DNA of 64,000 nucleotides, taken from positions 14,322,001 to 14,386,000 of the forward strand of contig OX597838.1 in assembly GCA_951406725.2 (NCBI GenBank), written 5' to 3'. Positions within the stretch are counted from its first letter, which is position 1. The number at the start of each line of letters is the position of its first letter. Position numbers and translations under genes: made by a program. Below are positions 55,357 to 64,000 of the stretch, one piece after another. Below the pieces are notes generated by a model. The model was not told the origin of the DNA. It worked only from the letters and a program-made list of their open reading frames with translations, and searched no databases. Source of the DNA: Octopus vulgaris. Its lineage: Eukaryota.

Positions 55357-56695
55357 CATCTCCCATTTCTTTTTCTCATTAGAAACTCTTTATAAAATGC
55401 TGACGGGGAAAAATGGAAAAAATTTTTGTAAAAATATATTTCTCTGATATCACCTTAATTTATTCTGATATCTTACAAACCATCTTAATTAAACCACACA
55501 TAACAATGGCGGCCGAAGCTGATTATAATTTTTAATATATTTATATTTATTCTCGTATCGGCCTGATATTAATAACGCATAGAGAAGATAGCAAAACATG
55601 CAAAGATAAAAACTGAAACAGCAAAGGCAAAATACGTAAGGCAGCATTAATAATGAAACTCATTCTCTATATACTCAAACTGATTGATACTCATCTGTTA
55701 ATGGCCATCGGAGTTACAATGTCTATTCTTAAAATCAAAACGAGTTATGATAAAATGGCGGAAAAACAAATAAATGACTTTGAAGTCAATTCGCCATGTA
55801 CACACCAGGGAGACGCATTGGCGCCTAACGTCGTACAAAAACAACGCCAAGATATATATATACGTTGGTGGATAGCTAAATAAGCTAAATATAAGCTTTT
55901 AAATATCAGAATTGTAAATTTTCTGATAGAGTTCTGATGATGTAATCAATCATTTCGGTATCAAACGAGCAAGGGAATCATTACAGGATCGCTTAACATG
56001 TTAGAAATAACAGCTCAGTATCCCTCTCAAGTCGCATCATAGTGTGAGAAATAAAGAAGGATGCGTTGTACAGTGTAGTCCGTGATATACAAATCATGGG
56101 ATGGGTACGGTAGGGTTTCTTTTAATCAAAAGGTCTGTTTGATCAGAACTGACATGAGACTAAGCAACGATAAGTCAGTCTGTTCGTCTGTCCGTCCGTC
56201 CGTCCGTCCGTCCGTCCATCAATCCAACCATCCATCCATCCATCCATCCATCAGTCTGTTCGTCTGTCCGTCCATCCATCCATCCATCCATCCATCCATC
56301 CATCCATCCATCCATCCTTTATCTACTGCGGCACCATCTTGAAGAAGTTTTAGCCGAATGACTCGACCCTAGTACTTATTTATTTTTTAAAGCCTGGTAC
56401 TTATTCTATCAGTTTCTTTTGCCGAACCGTTAAGTTACGGGGACGTAAAATCACCAACACCGGTTGTCAAGCGGTGGCGGGGGAAAAACACAGGCACAAA
56501 GATGCGCGCGCACCACACACACACACACACACACATTACGAATTTAAAAAAAACAGCGCTAGTAATGTAAACATTATAGATCGCACATACATAATGTATA
56601 TGCTTAATTTATTTGCGGAATTCGCTGCGGGATAGCGTTTGGGGAAGAGACTCCCTAATAGCGCTGATGGCCAATTAAACGACGACTAATAACGA

Positions 56696-56731
<36 letters not shown>

Positions 56732-56987
56732 AAAATAGAAAGGCAGAAAGGAAGGAAGAAAGAAGGAAAGGAAAAAAAGAGCCCCATTGAGTTACAAAAC
56801 AGATAAGGTTCAGCCTTGGCGATAGGACAAGCAAATCGTTCGTCCGCATTTAGATTTTAAACCGCCCACTGAGAAAGCAAAGTTCTTTAGTTTAGATCAG
56901 CTGGCATTTGTTTTAAAGAATAATCATTCAAACAGCCATCTATTTGAAAAATTTCTTTTCGTCTTAATGTCTGCCGTGTGACATTAA

Positions 56988-57444
56988 TCATGAACCGGAA
57001 TATGGACGTACAAACTGATGACGTAATAGTCTCGTACATTGATTACAGCCAGTCAGCATTTAGTCATGAACTGGAATATGGACGTACAAACTGATGACGT
57101 AATAGTCTCGTACATTGATTGCAGCCAGTTAGCATTTAGTCATGAACTGGAATATGGACGTACAAACTGATGACGTAATAGTCTCGTACATTGATTACAG
57201 CCAGTCAGCATTTAGTCATGAACTGGAATATGGACGTACAAACTGATGACGTAATAGTCTCGTACATTGATTACAGCCAGTCAGCATTTAGTCATGAACC
57301 GGAATATGGACGTACAAACTGATGACGTAATAGTCTCGTACATTGATTGCAGCCAGTTAGCATTTAGTCATGAACTGGAATATGGACGTACAAACTGATG
57401 ACGTAATAGTCTCGTACATTGATTGCAGCCAGTTAGCATTTAGT
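56988..57444. repeat. Minisatellite, 6 x 76 bp
   Basis: Unit TCATGAACYGGAATATGGACGTACAAACTGATGACGTAATAGTCTCGTACATTGATTRCAGCCAGTYAGCATTTAG starts at 56988, 57064, 57140, 57216, 57292, 57368. Confidence 0.95.
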
Positions 57445-57466
57445 ATTTGTTCTCCCTGTTTTCAGA

Positions 57467-57660
57467 TAAGCAAACAGAAATGTGTTTTCATGAGATTAAT
57501 AATGAAACAATTTCCGTAACGCCAACACATTACGAAGTGTGTGAAATAAGTGCAAAAAAAAAAGTGAAACTACACAAGGAAGATGAGTTTGTCAATGAAT
57601 GCGTCTTTGCTGCAACAGGAGTTTTAATTCCAGATAAAAAAAAAAGCCAGAGTATTTAAA
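57467..57660 (+). pseudogene. Decayed hAT (GTF2IRD2/SPIN-like) transposase fragment
   Basis: HYEVCEISAKKKVKLHKEDEFVNECVFAATGVLIPDKKK resembles the SY.V...IAK..KP..EGEF.KEC..AA..L.P.KK motif. Confidence 0.55.
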
Positions 57661-57806
57661 AGACATAGATAACGGTACCCACGCAGCATTAGAATATGTG
57701 TTTATTTAATAGTTGTAGATGAGATAACAGATATCCGTCACTCGCAAACGAATGATGTGATAATATGAGCCGTATTTCCAGTAATTGTTTTAGATGCCTG
57801 TGTAGT

Positions 57807-58194
57807 GGTGGAAGCACTCCGTCGGTTACGACGACGAGGGTTCCGGTTGATCCGAATCAACGGAACAGCCTGCTCGTGAAATTAACGTGTAAGTGGCTGA
57901 GCACTCCACAGACACGTGTACCCTTAACGTAGTTCACGGGGATATTCAGCGTGACACAGAGAGTGACAAGGCCGGCCCTTTGAAATACAGGTACAACAGA
58001 AACAGGAAGTAAGAGTGAGAGAAAGTTGTGGTGAAAGAGTACAGCAGGGATCACCACCATCCCCTGCCGGAGCATCGTGGAGCTTTTAGGTGTTTTCGCT
58101 CAATAAACACTCCCAACGCCCGGTCTGGGAATCGAAACCGCGATCCTATGACCGCGAGTCCGCTGCCCTAACCACTGGGCCATTGCGCCTCCAC
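57807..58194 (-). mobile_element. SINE family C, 11-bp TSD; related tail-sharing copies at 14262-14485 (+) and 53105-53405 (-)
   Basis: TSD GCCTGTGTAGT. Confidence 0.9.
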
Positions 58195-58424
58195 TCGCCT
58201 GTGTAGTAGCGAGCAGATAAAAACACTCTCTAAACCCCACTCACGTCTGACTCCATGGAAAATCCAGGATGTGACTGCTGAGAGGGAAGGGCTGCACCAG
58301 CAGCCGGCTGGCACTTAGTTATAGCTGATTAGACAAGAGCAACGTGGAATTTAGTGCTTTGCTCAAAGACAGAATGCACCGGCTGATCCCGGAATTGAAC
58401 TTAGAAGATTATGATCGCTTTTTA

Positions 58425-59028
58425 AAGGCGGCGAGCTGGCAGAACCGTTAGCACGCCGGACGAAATGCGTAGCCGTATTTCGTCTGCCGTTACGTTCTGA
58501 GTTCAAATTCCGCCGAGATCGACTTTGTCTTTCATCTTTTCGGAGTCGACAAATTAAGTACCAGTTACGCACTGGGATTGATGTAATCGACTTTATCCGT
58601 TTGTCTGTCCTTGTTTGTCCCCTCTGTGTTTAGCCCCTTGTGTGTAGTAAAGAAATAGGTATTTCGTCTGTGTTTACGTTCTAGGTTTAAATTCCGCCGA
58701 GCTCGACTTTGTCTTTCATCCTTTCGGGGTCGATAAATTAAGTACCAGTTACGCACTGGGGTCGATATAATCGACTTAATCCGTTTGTCTGTCCTTGTTT
58801 GTCCCCTCTGTGTTTAGCCCCTTGTGGGTAGTAAAGAAATAGGTATTTCGTCTGTCTTTACGTTCTAGGTTTAAATTCCGCCGAGCTCGACTTTGTCTTT
58901 CATCCTTTCGGGGTCGATAAATTAAGTACCAGTTACGCACTGGGATTGATGTAATCGACTTAATCCCTTTCTCTGTCCTTGTTTGTCCCCTCTATGTTTA
59001 GCCCTTTGTGGGCAATAAAGAAATAAGA
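58425..59028 (+). mobile_element. Tandem trimer of SINE family B
   Basis: One full copy followed by two ~183-bp units that restart at GGTATTTCGTCTG. Confidence 0.9.
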
Positions 59029-59960
59029 AGCTTATGATCGTAAGCCGAACACTCTCATCAGTAGGCCACGCGCCACCACGATGTACTGAATTTGGTACAG
59101 ATAATGGAAAACTTCACGAAGCGAAAAAAAAGTTTCCTTTTTTTAAATTGGATGCATGAAACTATCAGAGGTGAATATCTTTTTCCAGCGATCAAAACCA
59201 GCGATACGTGGTTTCGATTTGACCAACGAAAAGCTTAGTGACATGGTTACAAACAATGCTTCATGCATAGGAGGGGCTGAAAAACATTTGTTGTGTCGGC
59301 TAAAAGAACTGATATTGTAACAAGGCACCGTTATCTAAACACGCTGCTGGTGTGTTTACGTACCCATCACTTAGCGGTTCAGCAAGAGAGACCGATAGAA
59401 TAAGTACTAGGCTTACAAAGAATAAGTCCTGGGGTCGATTTGCTCGACTAATGGCGGTGCTCCAGCATGGCCGCAGTCAAATGACTGAAAGAAATAAAAG
59501 AAGAAAAGAAAGAAAAAGAAGAGAATGCCGAGCAAAATACTTTACGGCATCTTGTCCACCTCCACGTTCTGAGTTCAGATTCCACCTAGGTCGACCGTGC
59601 CCTTCATCCTTTCGGGGCCAATAAAATATGTACCAGCTGATCACCGGGGTCAATGTAATCGATTTGCTTCCACCCCCGAACTTGCTGTACCAAAATTCTG
59701 TCGTCTGTACCAAAATTCAAAACCAAGATTTATGTAAATAAATTGGTTTACATAATTATTTACATAGATAATTAAAACCAATATTTAATTACCTGTTTAA
59801 ATTAATTACAGTTGCTTCAAACCGAAAATCTCATCAACTTTAATATACATTAAAAAAAAACCAATGTAAGAAAGAGTATGCAAAACCTTCCACCAATTTC
59901 TGTATTTCCTTCAGAGTTTTTTATAATGATTATTTAAAAAAAAATAAATATAGGTGTATA

Positions 59961-60149
59961 GGCGCAGGAGTGGCCATAGGCGCAGGAGTAGCCGTGTGGT
60001 AAGTAGCTTGCTAACCAACCACATGGTTGCGGGTTCAGTCCCACTGCGTGGCATCTTGGGCAAGTGTCTTCTGCTATAGCCCCGGGCCGACCAATGCCTT
60101 GTGAGTGGATTTGGTAGACGGAAACTGAAAGAAGCCTGTCGTATATATG

Positions 60150-60195
<46 letters not shown>

Positions 60196-60405
60196 TGTGT
60201 TTGTCCCCCTAGCATTGCATGACAACCAATGCTGGTGTGTTTACGTCCCCGTCACTTAGCGGTTCGGCAAAAGAGACCGATAGAATAAGTACTGGGCTTA
60301 CAAAGAATAAGTCCCGGGGTCGATTCGCTCGACTAAAGGCGGTGCTCCAGCATGGCCGCAGTCAAATGGCTGAAGCGAGTAAAAGAGTGAAAAGAGTAAA
60401 AGAAT
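59961..60405 (+). mobile_element. SINE family A with duplicated 5' end; partial or decayed copies at 4912-5150, 8772-8876, 24040-24412, 33780-34340, 40310-40415, 53965-54190, 56325-56520, 59345-59525
   Basis: Sequence identity to the other family A copies. Confidence 0.9.
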
Positions 60406-61266
60406 AAAACGGTTCAGTAGCATAATGTCTTTTTTTTTCAAAATGGTGGTTATCAACAACGATTTTACAACGATTTTACCGCCGTCCAACATTATCGATA
60501 TCTCTAGCGGTGATGCTACCAGCAAATATCCATTTTCGTTTTTTTTTTGTTGCTCCTATAGACATACATTTACATTTTTCTCTCTGTTGCTCATGTTAAA
60601 CCCTGCCAAACCAGAGCCAGGGGCAAATGTTAACGTTCTGAGCAGGCAGAAATGTTAGCACGCCGGGCGAAATGCTTAGCGGTATTTCGGCTGCCGTTAC
60701 GTTCCGAGTTCAAATTCCACCGAGGTCGACTTTGCCTTTCATCCTTTCGGGGTCGATAAATTAAGTACCAGTTACGCACTGGGGTCGATGTAATCGACTT
60801 AATCTGTTTGTCTGTCCTTGTTCGTCCCCTCTGTGTTTATCCCCTTGTGGGTAGTAAAGAAATAAGTATTTCGTCTGTGAAATGCTTAGCGGTATTTACG
60901 TTCTGAGTTCAAAAATCCGCCGAAGTCAACTTTATCTTACATCCTGTCGAGATCGATAAATTAAGTACCAGTTGCGTACTGTGGTCAATCTAATCGACTG
61001 GCCCCTTCCCCCAAAATTTCGGAGCCTTATGCCTGGAGTAGAAAAGAATTATGCACCACCATTTTATTTTATCACGTGTAAGTATGCGCATATGTATGCG
61101 AGTAACTTTGTGTATGTGTATGTGCATGTGTGTGTGTGTGCGTGTGTGTCTGTGCGTGCGTGCGTATGTGTGTGAACATGCATCAAAGAAACAAGATAGG
61201 AGATGAACAGAGGTGTGTGTATATGTGTGTACGCACTGGGTAGGATTGGTCGAAGGAAGAAGTAGT

Positions 61267-61305
<39 letters not shown>

Positions 61306-61446
61306 GCGTGTATGTGCGTGTGTGTGTGTGTGTGTATGTGTGTGTGTTTGAGTGTGTGAGTTTGTGTGTATGTGTGTTTGTGTGTGCGGTAGTTGTTTTA
61401 GTGTGATGAATGAAGGTCTGTATAAAACTGTATAAAAGCGAGAGGG

Positions 61447-61531
<85 letters not shown>

Positions 61532-61678
61532 CATATGTATACACACACACGCGTGTATTAGAAATAGCTTTAAAAAGTTTTTTAGCTGTGAGTTCAGTGT
61601 GTATATTTATATAATGTAATAATTTAACGCTTTCTCTACACACACACGCACACACTTGGTGACATTAATTAATTTTAC

Positions 61679-61726
<48 letters not shown>

Positions 61727-62775
61727 TGTGTTTGGACTATTACGCTATTCTTTTCATTTATTTGTATTTAATGTAAACACACACACACACACTCACTACG
61801 CGTACTTGTATTTATCTATCTGTATATATATATATATATATGCGCACACATCCACACGTATATATAGTCAACTAGTCAACACTTAGAACGAAACAGGTTT
61901 AGCTCATTATCCAAATTTACTCTTCCATCCCATTCTATTCAAGCTAAACTGCTCGCTGTGACTGACTGAAAGTCGGGGTTTCAGCTTGGCAAAGATTTCA
62001 CCTTCGCCACCTCTGGATGCCAGAAAATATGGCTGACACTTCAGTGACATTTATTAACATGTTAAAGCCACTTAATATTCACAACGAAACTTTTATGAAA
62101 ACCATTTCACTTTTAGCTATTGTTTCGGTATTTATTTTCTATTTTTAGTGTCAACTCAACCATTTTCTCTCTCGTTTACTCATTTTCTCATTTTTTCTTT
62201 CATTTACGGAACCATACCATCATTCATTTCTGACCATTTCCATCCCTTTCTCTCTCTCTCTCCTCCTCTCTCTCTCCTTCTCTCTCTATCTTTCTCTCTC
62301 TGTCTCTCTCTATCCTTCTCTCTCTATCTCTCTCTATCCTTCTCTCTCTATCGCTCTCTGTCCTTCTCTCTCTGTCTCTCTCTATCCTTCTCTCTCTCTC
62401 TCTCTATCCTTCTCTGTCTCTCTCTGTCTCTCTCTATTCTTCTCTCTCTCTCTCTCTCCTCCCTTTCTCTCTCTCTCGTACTGTTTCTTTCGTTTACTCC
62501 TCGCTGGAAAGAATTTCTTTCCGCTTTCTCTAGGACACACACACACACACACACTCGCATTACACGAATATGCATTTCGCAAACACATTAGGTGCACATT
62601 ACGCGCGTGTGCGCACACACTTACACACGTTTACACTAAAACATTAACACAACTGTGCTTACATACACGCACACATACACACACACACAAACACAAAAAG
62701 AAGCCAACACATTTCTCATACGCATACATACACAAACAAACGCAATCACAAACACATATTTATTTACACATTTAC

Positions 62776-62841
<66 letters not shown>

Positions 62842-63178
62842 ACATACGTACACTCATTCAGGGGTTATAAAAACTATAAGCGAGTTACTCTGTTAGACAT
62901 GAAATACTCAAACACAATTTTGTTCCTGGTTTCACCGTGGTCTTTGACATTCATATTTAACATACGAAAGGTGGCGAGCCGGCAGAACCGCTAGCACGCC
63001 GGGCAAAATGCTGCTAAGCATTTTGTCCGTTATTACGTTCTAGGCTCAAATTCCGCTAAGATCATCTTTACTTTCATCCTTCGGGGGTCGATAAATTAAG
63101 TACCGGATCTATGTTATCTATTAGCCCTCTCCTCCCAAACCTCAGGCCATGTGCCTTTAGTAGAAAGGATTATTATCA

Positions 63179-63254
<76 letters not shown>

Positions 63255-63256
<2 letters not shown>

Positions 63257-63447
63257 TATGTTTGACTTTTGCTTTATATTTGTACAAGTTGGCTCCAAGT
63301 CTCACCCAGAGACCTCAAGAGACAACAGGTTGGAAGTTCACGTTGTTGTTATGCCTAGTGTGCCATATATTTGGGTTTTTTTGGTGTTGTACTAGTGAAT
63401 GTCTAAAAAAAAAGTTTGTTTTAAACCTTGAGATTACATAGAGAGTA

Positions 63448-63448
<1 letters not shown>
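63255..63448 (-). mobile_element. LINE 3' fragment in a (TAA)n tract, R4/Dong-like
   Basis: Flanked by (TTA)n on both sides; minus strand GAGGTCTCTGGGTGAGACTTGG followed by a (TAA)n tail. Confidence 0.4.
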
Positions 63449-63534
<86 letters not shown>

Positions 63535-63584
63535 TACTACACACATATACATACTTGTAAATACACACATATACATACACACAC

Positions 63585-64000
63585 GACTCTAGATATAATC
63601 AACTCAACTGGACTTAAGATAGCAAAATACCTTAATACAGAGGACTACACAGAACCTTATCAATCTAAAATACCAAGAATTAACTTGAAGAAGCATAAAT
63701 TTAATTTAAAAAACAAATCTAACAGTAAGACTGATTTGTCCATTTAAATCTGATATTGATAAAATGAGTAAAAAAAAAAAATTTTAGATCGTATTATTCC
63801 TTCTTTAAAATCAATAATTTCTCTTAATCTCTGGATTGATTCTTTAAATGTGATAGACTGGTTTGTAAACCTAAAGGACAGAAAGAATATGAAATTTTTA
63901 CAAATTGACATTATTAAGTATTATTCATCAATTAATCCTATTCTTCTCAACAAAGATCTTATTTTTGCTATGAAAAAATACGATCTTAAAAAAAAGAAAT
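63585..64000 (+). pseudogene. Penelope-like element reverse transcriptase fragment (frameshifted, runs off window)
   Basis: Translates as INLKKHKFNL../TVRLICPFKSDIDKMSKK/ILDRII..LNLWIDSLNVIDWFVNL..KFLQIDIIKYYSSI, matching recalled PLE RT motifs LKDHK..RLINP.KS.IG..SK..LD..W...VIDWF...FDI..FYPSI. Confidence 0.8.

Noticed and set aside
56988-57444. CRISPR array, hammerhead array or C/D snoRNA cluster (CTGATGA in each unit)
   Set aside because: No unique spacers, no GAAA or stem II after CTGATGA, and no separate D box or terminal stem.

Overview
Repeat-saturated eukaryotic DNA, most likely octopus/coleoid cephalopod (inferred from tRNA-derived CORE/Nin-type SINEs, RTE/CR1/Penelope relics and very dense microsatellites). 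No intact host protein-coding gene could be recognised; almost all long ORFs in the track are microsatellite artefacts. Supported content: one tRNA-Val(CAC) gene (possibly a pseudogene), at least three abundant SINE families, decayed CR1, RTE, R4/Dong-like and Penelope (RT) retroelements, three decayed Tc1/mariner-superfamily transposases (DD37D maT, DD41D, mariner), two copies of a hAT MITE with 8-bp TSDs, a non-autonomous Helitron, a hAT transposase relic next to a 76-bp minisatellite, and several unique motif-dense islands including a candidate promoter/first exon near 12.1-12.3 kb. The most notable hidden signal is about ten minimal type I hammerhead-ribozyme motifs from several families: one near-canonical GUC-cleaving copy (35799-35848, minus), a ~358-bp tandem dimer resembling a retrozyme (50.0-50.9 kb), and others inside Penelope-like remnants in (TA)n tracts. 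All calls were made by eye, without searches or folding software.
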